The notes under the pieces: model-generated
Told to the model about the DNA's origin: nothing
Database searches by the model: none
The model's input: only the letters and a program-made list of their open reading frames with translations
Shown: piece by piece, positions 18,332-26,140 of the stretch
How positions within the stretch are numbered: position 1 is the stretch's first letter
Layout of the letters: each line of letters begins with the position of its first letter
Origin: a virus
Virus record (IMG/VR): IMGVR_UViG_3300042309_002885
Span: 1 to 64,000 of that record
DNA length: 64,000 bases
Strand: one strand, 5' to 3'
Made by a program: the position numbers and the translations under genes

Positions 18332-18601
18332 ATGAATCAATGTAACGACCCAGACCACGGCGCAATAAATGCCGAAAGAGCTGAATCAAGAGGATTGCGT
18401 AAAGCATGGGTAGAACTTGATGATAAAAGGCAAGACTTAGAGAAGCAATTATCCGCAATCACCGAGCAACGCGACAAACTAGCAGAGGAACTCAAAGAAG
18501 CTCAGGACACAATAGGTCTGATGCTTAAGGATAGTTCATGCTGCACGATTCCGCGATATACCAAAGAAAATCTAATCATTCAAACAGGAGAGGAACTCTG
18601 A
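18332..18601 (+). CDS. Coiled-coil hypothetical protein (promoter-proximal ATG at 18301 is out of frame)
   Basis: Heptad-rich; ends EEL inside motif 18592. Confidence 0.6.
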   Translation: MNQCNDPDHGAINAERAESRGLRKAWVELDDKRQDLEKQLSAITEQRDKLAEELKEAQDTIGLMLKDSSCCTIPRYTKENLIIQTGEEL

Positions 18602-18615
18602 TATAATAACAACAC

Positions 18616-18813
18616 ATGACCAACGAATACAATAACCTGATTGATGGGCTTAAGAAAGTGCTTGAAGCTAATGGCTACCGCAAAGGAACTAAAGCTGCTC
18701 GTACATGCGAATATAGCTTCCTTCAAGGAGCAGCTGTAGCGAATCCCGAGCTGATTAAGAAGCATCCGATGATCTATATCAGCATTGTGTCAGGACGTTC
18801 AATCCTTGACTAG
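18616..18813 (+). CDS. Small hypothetical protein
   Basis: Behind motif 18592. Confidence 0.65.
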   Translation: MTNEYNNLIDGLKKVLEANGYRKGTKAARTCEYSFLQGAAVANPELIKKHPMIYISIVSGRSILD

Positions 18814-18814
18814 T

Positions 18815-18949
18815 ATGAGTAGTTCAGCAAAGAGTAAAGGCGGCGTCAAAACCGTTCAATGGTGGAAGCATCTACGCAAGTACTGGAGACGAGTACAGAA
18901 TAAACGTGTGCGTAAGGATGGTAAGAAGGAAATACAGAAGGAACTCTGA
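18815..18949 (+). CDS. Small basic peptide
   Basis: Below track threshold; MSSSAKSKGG...WWKHLRKYWRR...KEL-stop inside motif 18940. Confidence 0.55.
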   Translation: MSSSAKSKGGVKTVQWWKHLRKYWRRVQNKRVRKDGKKEIQKEL

Positions 18950-18961
18950 TAGAATAAGCAT

Positions 18962-19189
18962 ATGAGAAAATACAAACCATGGAACCTATCAAATCGTTAT
19001 GGTGTAAGTCATTACGAAGTTCCTGATGACTTTGTTAGAGACGATTACCTGAAACGATACGATACAGTAGATGTTGTACAGGTGAATACTGATGGAACTC
19101 GTACGTCTTATCCAATGAATCATCGCGTTCTTGCAGAATGCCTAGGAAGAGATCAGTTTGAAAGTGTAGGTTGTTGGAAGGAACTCTGA
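18962..19189 (+). CDS. Small hypothetical protein
   Basis: Behind motif 18940; ends KEL inside motif 19180. Confidence 0.65.
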   Translation: MRKYKPWNLSNRYGVSHYEVPDDFVRDDYLKRYDTVDVVQVNTDGTRTSYPMNHRVLAECLGRDQFESVGCWKEL

Positions 19190-19201
19190 TAGAATAAGAG
19201 T

Positions 19202-19423
19202 ATGACCGAAGAATACATTCGCACCACCCTGCAGGTTCATCTTGAGAATGGTGATTCATTTACCACAGGTTTCAACTTGACGCCTGAGATGTTCAAGGGC
19301 AAGACAGTTCAAGAGATCGTTGATAGCTACTATGTCAATAGGAACTATTACACTCACGACGAAATCGCACACCGCATCACTCATGTTGATATACTTGGTG
19401 TAGCGGATGTGATTACTGCATAA
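19202..19423 (+). CDS. Small hypothetical protein
   Basis: Behind motif 19180. Confidence 0.65.
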   Translation: MTEEYIRTTLQVHLENGDSFTTGFNLTPEMFKGKTVQEIVDSYYVNRNYYTHDEIAHRITHVDILGVADVITA

Positions 19424-19445
19424 GGAACACCGATATAATAAACAT

Positions 19446-19655
19446 ATGGAAGTCGGCACCGTTGAACAAACTATTGAGAAGCTGAACGCTCTGATGAATA
19501 GAGTTAACCAGCTCGATGATCTTTTTGAGACTGCTAAAGCAGAAGACGATCGCTGTACTGCGAACATGTGTCAGCTTGAGATCGATGAGATCACCGCAAC
19601 ACTCGATAAGCTAAATAAGGAACTCCGTGACCAACTCCTCGATATTCTCAAGTAA
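19446..19655 (+). CDS. Small helical protein, apparent chimera of the 17732 and 23027 types
   Basis: Behind motif 19424; DNA identity blocks shared with 17732 and 23027. Confidence 0.7.
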   Translation: MEVGTVEQTIEKLNALMNRVNQLDDLFETAKAEDDRCTANMCQLEIDEITATLDKLNKELRDQLLDILK

Positions 19656-19703
19656 CATCACGCACAGTATTAAACTAAAGGAACTCTAATATAATAGGGC
19701 ATC

Positions 19704-19895
19704 ATGAAAGTATATACACTGACAGGCTTTGGCCAAGAAGAAGGTGAGATAGTATTGGGTGTTTATTCAAGCGAAGCGAAAGCAGATCTGCAGAAAGAAA
19801 AGTATATCGATAAGAAAGTTAAAAGCTACAAATTCGATTACTATACCATTCAAGAGAGGGCTCTTGACGCAGAAGCAGATGATGATCATCTTTGA
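19704..19895 (+). CDS. Small hypothetical protein (DUF7336-like)
   Basis: MKVYTL...VLGVYSSEAKA; behind motif 19680. Confidence 0.6.
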   Translation: MKVYTLTGFGQEEGEIVLGVYSSEAKADLQKEKYIDKKVKSYKFDYYTIQERALDAEADDDHL

Positions 19896-19926
19896 TCACA
19901 ATAAGGAACATCAATATAAAAAGAGT

Positions 19927-20100
19927 ATGAACACATCCACGAAGATCGAAACACTCCAAGAGGTCAAAGAGAGACAATCAATGTGGCTTCCATGGATGGA
20001 AGAGAGTATAAAAGGATTGACACTAACCTCTCTGGTAGAGACAACTACTAAGGTACTGCCGTTCGGTAGATATCTGCTATCGATTACACCGGTAGACTAA
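19927..20100 (+). CDS. Small hypothetical protein
   Basis: ATG 22 nt after motif 19905; stop lies inside GACTAAATA at 20095. Confidence 0.55.
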   Translation: MNTSTKIETLQEVKERQSMWLPWMEESIKGLTLTSLVETTTKVLPFGRYLLSITPVD

Positions 20101-20108
20101 ATAAGTGA

Positions 20109-20456
20109 GTGAGATACTCAGGTGTAACAGTGTATGGAGAGCTAGGACCCCTTGGCGGTTTCTATATAGTCATCGATACTAAAGATGGTACAGAGCAAGC
20201 GCTTGAGTATGAGGACTACGATGAAGCTGATTTTTATAAGGAAACAGATGAAGGTGTAAGGATATACACTATGAGTAATCATCCAGATCAGTCATACAGC
20301 GTACCACCAAGAGTATTCTTCTTACCAGAGACACACCCACTGTTCAATCTATATAGAATAGAATTAAGTAACGATCTATTTGAGTTTCTTAAACCACCTC
20401 GCGGAAAAGTTATTGATGCTAGTGTAACAGAAGAGCTATTGGCTATGATTAAATAA
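20109..20456 (+). CDS. MRY...PExHPLFN paralog family member 11
   Basis: MRYSGV...LPETHPLFN; GACTAAATA at 20095. Confidence 0.8.
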   Translation: MRYSGVTVYGELGPLGGFYIVIDTKDGTEQALEYEDYDEADFYKETDEGVRIYTMSNHPDQSYSVPPRVFFLPETHPLFNLYRIELSNDLFEFLKPPRGKVIDASVTEELLAMIK

Positions 20457-20461
20457 GAGAG

Positions 20462-20764
20462 ATGAGACGAATCCTTATTGAGACATCTATTAACTTCAAG
20501 CATATAGCTCCTGTCGGTGCTCGTTCACCGCTTGACGATATGTCGCAACATACAGCAACATCGCTTGTTAAAAGATATGATAACGGCATAGAGTTATATA
20601 GAGCTCCTTTCGATCGCTTTTTAATTACTATACCTGAACCACATCCACTGTTCGGACTTTACGCGCTATCCTATAATCGCAATGACTATATAGGAGATAT
20701 CTTTTCTAAAGAGAAACAGGAAGCTATTAAAGGAGTGGTGCGAGATGTTTTAACAACTAAATAA
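20462..20764 (+). CDS. MRY...PExHPLFN paralog family member 12
   Basis: MRRILI...IPEPHPLFG. Confidence 0.75.
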   Translation: MRRILIETSINFKHIAPVGARSPLDDMSQHTATSLVKRYDNGIELYRAPFDRFLITIPEPHPLFGLYALSYNRNDYIGDIFSKEKQEAIKGVVRDVLTTK

Positions 20765-20769
20765 GAGAT

Positions 20770-21093
20770 ATGAGATACTCTGCTTACTTATTGAATATGT
20801 TTTATGACTCTGATTTAGAAGCTATCTATTCAGGTTTAGGTACTATTGAAAAATATAAGAAGCGTTGGTTTAAGGTTACATCAGAAAAGGATGGTATGAT
20901 ACTCATGACAGGAAGTGCTAAGCATGGCTATCGTAAAGCTGTTCTTGTACCAGAGACACACCCTATGTTTAATGGAGGAATGTTTGATGAAGGTAGTAGT
21001 TACCTTAAAGGCAACACTATTAAGGTTAAGATCAAAAATAAATTAAATGACTTAATGTCAAAAGAAGTAATAAATGCGTTCTTTAGCTCCTAA
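20770..21093 (+). CDS. MRY...PExHPLFN paralog family member 13
   Basis: MRYSAY...VPETHPMFN; AACTAAATA at 20755. Confidence 0.8.
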   Translation: MRYSAYLLNMFYDSDLEAIYSGLGTIEKYKKRWFKVTSEKDGMILMTGSAKHGYRKAVLVPETHPMFNGGMFDEGSSYLKGNTIKVKIKNKLNDLMSKEVINAFFSS

Positions 21094-21102
21094 ATAAGTG
21101 AG

Positions 21103-21438
21103 ATGAGATACTCTGCTATAACCATATACAATGCATCTACAATTGCAGTATTTGCAATAGGAGTAACTTTTAGATCCCTTGTTTCGAAGACAATGAATAA
21201 AGTAGGTAGTGCAAATGGTATAGATTTTTATAACAAGAAAGATCATAATCTGTTAGCGTTTATACCCGAAACTCACCCTCTGTACAATATAAGCGTCATA
21301 AAAGAAGCACATACTAAAAGTAATAAAGGCTATGTTACTAGTGATTTGATAGGTACTTACCAGCAATATAACAATATAATGTACATGGTAAAGGATATAT
21401 ATCTCAAGGATATTGATATGTTAATCAACAAGTATTGA
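21103..21438 (+). CDS. MRY...PExHPLFN paralog family member 14
   Basis: MRYSAI...IPETHPLYN; CTAAATA at 21090. Confidence 0.8.
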   Translation: MRYSAITIYNASTIAVFAIGVTFRSLVSKTMNKVGSANGIDFYNKKDHNLLAFIPETHPLYNISVIKEAHTKSNKGYVTSDLIGTYQQYNNIMYMVKDIYLKDIDMLINKY

Positions 21439-21647
21439 GACAAAAACACACTGAAAAAATAAGAAAAACATTGTATTTTTCTGAAATAACATAGTAATAG
21501 TATCACCGTGACGAAATAGTTTCCCCGATGCTATAGTAAGGGTAATCCTACATAGATAAAGGAGTTCCTTAAGAACAATGAGGAAATACAAAAGAACAGA
21601 GATAGTAGGAAATACAGAAATCAAAGGAACTTTGGTAAAATATAGGT

Positions 21648-21900
21648 ATGCTAAGCATGACCATCACTGAAATAGTCGGAAAGAAAGTAATGCACGGTTC
21701 TCCAGGTTACGAAAACCAAGAGACAATCAAACAAATCACTATTAAATAAGGATACAGTAGAGATTGAGTTCGAGTCGCAGGCATACACACAGATGGCACC
21801 AGCAGAGTTCGAGTATATGCTCCGTTACGCCGGGCGGGAACTCAATTACAAAGAGAAGACGCACGGTGGCATGAGCCGCATCAGCTTCTGCGAGCAGTGA
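21648..21900 (+). pseudogene. Small gene interrupted by a +1 shift at ATT AAA TAA G
   Basis: Frame 0 from promoter-proximal ATG stops at 21749; +1 frame is open 21748-21900 and reads on as KDTVEIEFESQ... Confidence 0.5.
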
Positions 21901-21933
21901 GAAAATAAAAGGAACACCAATATAATAACAACG

Positions 21934-22188
21934 ATGAGCAACTACCCCAATATGTCCTACTGCATGTTCGAGAACACTCTGCATGCTATGAATCAAGTCT
22001 TTCGTGATCTGCAAGATGCTCTTGATGACGGAACTTCGCCTGCTGATTACCGCAAGGCTCTGAGTTCCCGTCAAGAAGCTGAAGCCTTCGATCGCATTAA
22101 AGAGATGTGCGAAGATATCGTTAGTGTCATCAACGACTTAAACTACAATGATCCAGACTATGTCGAGATCGACGAGGACGACGAGTAA
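21934..22188 (+). CDS. Small acidic phage protein (NMSYCMFENT type)
   Basis: Behind motif 21911. Confidence 0.7.
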   Translation: MSNYPNMSYCMFENTLHAMNQVFRDLQDALDDGTSPADYRKALSSRQEAEAFDRIKEMCEDIVSVINDLNYNDPDYVEIDEDDE

Positions 22189-22210
22189 GGAACACTGATA
22201 CAATAAGTGT

Positions 22211-22390
22211 ATGCAAGATAAGATAGAGCTCGTAGCGCACAACGAACACATCTCAGATGATGTTGATGCAGTGTTTGAGAACGACAATCTCAGCGATAGC
22301 GTTAAAACGAAGATAGTTGAGATGATCGAAACATACATCGCTACTAGCATCGAGACAGTTGTAGAGAATCCAGAGTGGTTCAATGAGTAA
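22211..22390 (+). CDS. Small acidic hypothetical protein
   Basis: Below track threshold; behind motif 22189. Confidence 0.6.
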   Translation: MQDKIELVAHNEHISDDVDAVFENDNLSDSVKTKIVEMIETYIATSIETVVENPEWFNE

Positions 22391-22412
22391 GGAACTTCAT
22401 TACAATAACGAC

Positions 22413-22667
22413 ATGACCAACCGATTCGATAAGCTAGAATGGCTAAAAGAGAACTGCACTGAGAAGCACATGAAGGAAATGTTCCTTACTGAGCTGGTAG
22501 GCTGGTTAAGTGAATATGACTTCAATGAGTTCTACGAGCATCATTGCAGACTGTGGAACATCGAGACCCCGTTCGATAAGGACGAGGATGACTGTCCAAA
22601 CGAGTTTATCGTCAATGATGATGAAATGGTTCCGGTGTCTACGCAATCGGAATGGAAGGAACTCTGA
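22413..22667 (+). CDS. Small acidic hypothetical protein
   Basis: ATG 22 nt after motif 22391; ends KEL. Confidence 0.65.
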   Translation: MTNRFDKLEWLKENCTEKHMKEMFLTELVGWLSEYDFNEFYEHHCRLWNIETPFDKDEDDCPNEFIVNDDEMVPVSTQSEWKEL

Positions 22668-22679
22668 TATACTAACGAC

Positions 22680-22880
22680 ATGACTGCTAAAGAGATAGAC
22701 AGTATGACACCAGAAGAGCTTGAGCAGGTAGCTTACATGCTCACTCCTGAAGAGAATGAACTCTGGGCCTTTTGGGGCTATGATGGACGTACCTATGAGC
22801 TTATCATGGTTGGGCGTCAATCAAAAGCGAATATAGCTGAGAGTTACAGAAAGGAATTAGAAGGAACTCTGATATACTAA
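22680..22880 (+). CDS. Small hypothetical protein
   Basis: Behind motif 22658. Confidence 0.6.
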   Translation: MTAKEIDSMTPEELEQVAYMLTPEENELWAFWGYDGRTYELIMVGRQSKANIAESYRKELEGTLIY

Positions 22881-22884
22881 CGAC

Positions 22885-23004
22885 ATGCACCACGAAGACG
22901 ATATGTTACCGATACTGGCCTTGATCCTGATGTTCTGGTCTGTCTGTTTATTCATGACTGTCTTCACCACTGTTAAAGCCATCACTGAGTACTTCCTCGG
23001 TTAA
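22885..23004 (+). CDS. Single-TM peptide
   Basis: Below track threshold; behind motif 22863. Confidence 0.5.
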   Translation: MHHEDDMLPILALILMFWSVCLFMTVFTTVKAITEYFLG

Positions 23005-23026
23005 GGAACTCCATTACAATAACGAC

Positions 23027-23194
23027 ATGATCAACACCGCCGATAAGCTGAATGCTCTGATGAAGCGAGTCTACGATCTCGAGGACCTCTTCGAGACTGC
23101 TAAAGCAGAAGACGATCGCTGGACCGCTAACATGTGCTTGCTCGAGCTCGATGAGATCAACGCAACGCTAGATAAACTCGAAAGGGAACACTGA
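23027..23194 (+). CDS. Small helical protein (shares its core with 19446)
   Basis: Below track threshold; FETAKAEDDRWTANMC; behind motif 23005. Confidence 0.6.
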   Translation: MINTADKLNALMKRVYDLEDLFETAKAEDDRWTANMCLLELDEINATLDKLEREH

Positions 23195-23206
23195 TATACT
23201 AACGGT

Positions 23207-23452
23207 ATGCAAGACGATCCGCAAGATAAACTACTCGACATTCTGCAAACTGAAGGCGTCATTGACCTTGATATCTTTGACAATCTAGTAGATGAGATGC
23301 TCATTAAGCATCATGACTATACTATAGACGATGTTGAGAATATGACGAATGAAGATGTACTTGAGATAGTTCAAGAGATTTTCGGTATGAAGTTGAGTGA
23401 AGAAGACAATAAAGTCTACTTGCTTGAGTATAGTAACGCATTCACAGCTTAA
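23207..23452 (+). CDS. Small acidic hypothetical protein
   Basis: Behind motif 23185. Confidence 0.65.
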   Translation: MQDDPQDKLLDILQTEGVIDLDIFDNLVDEMLIKHHDYTIDDVENMTNEDVLEIVQEIFGMKLSEEDNKVYLLEYSNAFTA

Positions 23453-23475
23453 GGGAACTCTTTTATACTAGCGAC

Positions 23476-23673
23476 ATGAAGAAACTATATTCGATTGTAT
23501 TTCACAATGATGAATGCTATACGGAAGCAATGGCATTAAGCGACATTCACACCTATAACGATGCCGATGCTGCAGAGATTGAGCTTTTCTGGAACAGCAA
23601 ACGTAAACGTGACAACGCGGTTCGTCTTCTTAAGCAGAATGACATTACTGTAGACACCTATGACTTCAATTAA
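23476..23673 (+). CDS. Small hypothetical protein (paralog of 24621)
   Basis: Behind motif 23454. Confidence 0.65.
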   Translation: MKKLYSIVFHNDECYTEAMALSDIHTYNDADAAEIELFWNSKRKRDNAVRLLKQNDITVDTYDFN

Positions 23674-23762
23674 AGGAACACTGATACAATAAGGCATCGC
23701 AAGAAGCGATAACAAACAACAAAACAAACAATCCACCAAAGGAACACCAATAGAATAAGACA

Positions 23763-24140
23763 ATGACCAAATACACATTCAAGACCATCGTTGCCCCAGA
23801 AGCAGTCCGCGCTGAATTCACCGCTCTTCGCGATCAGCTCAACTCATCAGATAAGGAACTTATGCAAGCGTTCTGGAACATCGCCATTGATCGTCTCGAT
23901 GACATCAAGAAGGAAGTAGAGATGCTTCAAGCCTCTACTGCTCAAGCGCGCGCTGAGAAGCAAGAGATCAAAGCTGCTGCTAAGCTGAAGAAGGCTCCTA
24001 AAGCTAAGAAAGAGAAGAAGGTCACTAAGGTAGCCGCCAAGAAGGCTCCAAAGAAGAAAGCTGAGAAAGCTAGTAAGGTTACTAAGGTTGTCGATGATGA
24101 TGGCGATATTGAGACAGTAGTGGTGGACTGCTCTCGATGA
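23763..24140 (+). CDS. Protein with histone-H1-like Lys/Ala-rich tail
   Basis: KKAPKAKKEKKVTKVAAKKAPKKKAEK; behind motif 23741. Confidence 0.7.
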   Translation: MTKYTFKTIVAPEAVRAEFTALRDQLNSSDKELMQAFWNIAIDRLDDIKKEVEMLQASTAQARAEKQEIKAAAKLKKAPKAKKEKKVTKVAAKKAPKKKAEKASKVTKVVDDDGDIETVVVDCSR

Positions 24141-24203
24141 GTGAAGGAGCTGAGCATCTCTCAAAACTGCTCGTCCCTTTTAGGAACTCAAATACAATAA
24201 GGT

Positions 24204-24359
24204 ATGCACAAAGTAACCGTTTACTCTAACTGGGAGAAGACCTCAGTGCATGAGTTTGAAACACTAGAGGAAGCTGAGCTGTTCGCTGAGAACATGAAGC
24301 ACAACCAATACTCTGTACTCATCGATGAGATCGATGAAGAGACTGATGAGGAACTCTGA
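24204..24359 (+). CDS. Small acidic hypothetical protein
   Basis: Below track threshold; behind motif 24183; ends EEL. Confidence 0.55.
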   Translation: MHKVTVYSNWEKTSVHEFETLEEAELFAENMKHNQYSVLIDEIDEETDEEL

Positions 24360-24373
24360 TACAATAAGACATC

Positions 24374-24598
24374 ATGAAACTACTGCCCATCACATTCATC
24401 GCCCTGACCGTTGTACTCACTGCCATCTCAGTCTTCTGGGCTGATTGGATCATCAGAGAGCTCTACGATAAAGACATCAACAACTGGTTGATCCTCGCTG
24501 GTGTGATCGTTACCTCGCTCTGCATCCCAAGAGCACTGAGCGGTATCCTTACACTCGCGATGGTTGTAGCTTCATTCTACATCCTATTCATCCGCTAA
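24374..24598 (+). CDS. Small multi-TM membrane protein
   Basis: Hydrophobic segments; behind motif 24350. Confidence 0.65.
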   Translation: MKLLPITFIALTVVLTAISVFWADWIIRELYDKDINNWLILAGVIVTSLCIPRALSGILTLAMVVASFYILFIR

Positions 24599-24620
24599 AG
24601 GAACACCAATACAATAAGGT

Positions 24621-24821
24621 ATGACCGAAATGGAATACTTCATCACCTTCAACAGCGAAGAAGACTTTATCAAAGCTAGTGAGATGACATCCATTCTTCT
24701 TCCAGACGACTTCAACAAAGGAGGTCTTGAAATGCTTTGGAATCAAGAATGGTATCGCAACCAAGCCGTTCACGAGCTAAGTAAGATCGGTATCGAGGTT
24801 GATACCTATGAGCTGGATTAA
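24621..24821 (+). CDS. Small hypothetical protein (paralog of 23476)
   Basis: Behind motif 24600. Confidence 0.65.
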   Translation: MTEMEYFITFNSEEDFIKASEMTSILLPDDFNKGGLEMLWNQEWYRNQAVHELSKIGIEVDTYELD

Positions 24822-24845
24822 GGAACACCAATACAATAAGACATC

Positions 24846-25037
24846 ATGCACGTCCAACCAACCAACAACAACTACCTCGCAGGCTATCTCGAACAATCCT
24901 TCAAGACCTTCCATCATGTACTCGAACGAGAGGCTATCATCAAGTGGAACAGTCCAGAGTATAAGAAGGTAATGGACTTGATCGCTAAAGAGCTTAAAAG
25001 AGCTCATGAAGCTGAACGAGAGTTTTCAAATCGGTAG
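24846..25037 (+). CDS. Small hypothetical protein
   Basis: Behind motif 24822. Confidence 0.6.
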   Translation: MHVQPTNNNYLAGYLEQSFKTFHHVLEREAIIKWNSPEYKKVMDLIAKELKRAHEAEREFSNR

Positions 25038-25038
25038 T

Positions 25039-25280
25039 GGTGTCATGAGAGAGATCCGGGCAATAGGAGAGCGTGGGGGCTCCCTAGAGAGCCCGGGTCT
25101 CTGAGACAACGCCGCGTCTAGAGACACCCAGCGCTCCTAAATGCCTCCTATGGAGAGAGGTTTAGAAACAAAAGAGTAGCCATGTCTCCAAAAATTTTTT
25201 GCTATATCCTCTGAGACTCCAATAAGCGCAGTTCCTCGGAAATTTTTTTTGCGCGGATTCTAAGACTTCTATATAGGGGT
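25039..25280. other. GC-rich structured non-coding region
   Basis: Long hairpin 25051-25101, enclosing GGTGTC/GACACC stem, two AAAnTTTTTT-GC tracts near 25190 and 25240. Confidence 0.55.
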
Positions 25281-25297
25281 CTGACTAAATAAGATGA

Positions 25298-25642
25298 GTG
25301 AGATATAAGAAATATAATGTAGATTTAGGAGACATTACTAAGTCTAATGTTCTTCCTGATCTTTCAAGCATTCATAATAATCTTTTAGAAGATAACGAGT
25401 ACCTTAGAAAAGAAACAATGCTTGATGGTATAGTCTTATACAGAGCTAGAAATCCGTTTAGTAAACTTATTAGTATGAACTTACCAGAAAATCATCCTGC
25501 GTTTAATTTTGATATTAGTGTATCGTCTTGCTTTAAGCGTTATTTTCAGCCATCTACAAGAGATATAGAGAGACACGGAGATATAAGAGATCTTTTATTT
25601 AGATACATAGTACATCCTTTATTCAATAGCCTTAAAAAATGA
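25298..25642 (+). CDS. MRY...PExHPLFN paralog family member 15
   Basis: MRYKKY...LPENHPAFN; GACTAAATA at 25283. Confidence 0.8.
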   Translation: MRYKKYNVDLGDITKSNVLPDLSSIHNNLLEDNEYLRKETMLDGIVLYRARNPFSKLISMNLPENHPAFNFDISVSSCFKRYFQPSTRDIERHGDIRDLLFRYIVHPLFNSLKK

Positions 25643-25675
25643 GGCATCCATATAAGGCGACTAAATATAGAGGTA

Positions 25676-26140
25676 GTGAGGTATAAACAAACACATATAG
25701 ACTTTAACAAAAAAACCATAGCACCTGCAATCTTAGTAAGACGTTCTATAAATGACAGGTCGGGAGTTATGGTAGTTGGTGAGGATGGTAGGGTTATTCT
25801 TCCTAGAGATACTAGTAATATGGTTAATACTAGGCCATACTGCTTAACTAGAATGCCACAAAGTACTGATAAGCCTATAGAAACAGAATATAGGTATTTA
25901 AACCATAAACACTATGCTACTAGTTTTAAGATAGAAGACGGTTTATACTTCGATTATCTAGAAGGAATGTTTGAAGAAGAAAATGATGGTTATCTTTATG
26001 CAGCTGAATATCATCCTCTCTTTAATGTAGATGTGTTGGAGGAGCTTCATAGCAGCGAAGGTTTAGAAGTATATCCTTCTGTACGTCGTCTGATAAATAA
26101 GATAGATAAGATCAAAAGTAGTATAGACAATGAGATATAA
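25676..26140 (+). CDS. MRY...PExHPLFN paralog family member 16
   Basis: MRYKQT...AAEYHPLFN; GACTAAATA at 25659. Confidence 0.8.
   Translation: MRYKQTHIDFNKKTIAPAILVRRSINDRSGVMVVGEDGRVILPRDTSNMVNTRPYCLTRMPQSTDKPIETEYRYLNHKHYATSFKIEDGLYFDYLEGMFEEENDGYLYAAEYHPLFNVDVLEELHSSEGLEVYPSVRRLINKIDKIKSSIDNEI

Larger units (their letters stand above)
500..24848 (+). promoter_or_regulatory. Dispersed promoter motif GGAAC-N5-TAnnnT (39 copies)
   Basis: GGAAC starts at 500, 2727, 2960, 8228, 8594, 10287, 10942, 12043, 12253, 13302, 14106, 16989, 17267, 17552, 17710, 17915, 18070, 18280, 18592, 18940, 19180, 19424, 19680, 19905, 21626, 21911, 22189, 22391, 22658, 22863, 23005, 23185, 23454, 23675, 23741, 24183, 24350, 24600, 24822; fixed 5-nt gap to a -10-like hexamer. 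Confidence 0.85.

Noticed and set aside
2727-24848. GGAACT as an ECF/sigmaE -35 element
   Set aside because: ECF -35 boxes lie about 16 bp from their -10; here the gap is 5 bp and the -10 is sigma70-like TAnnnT.
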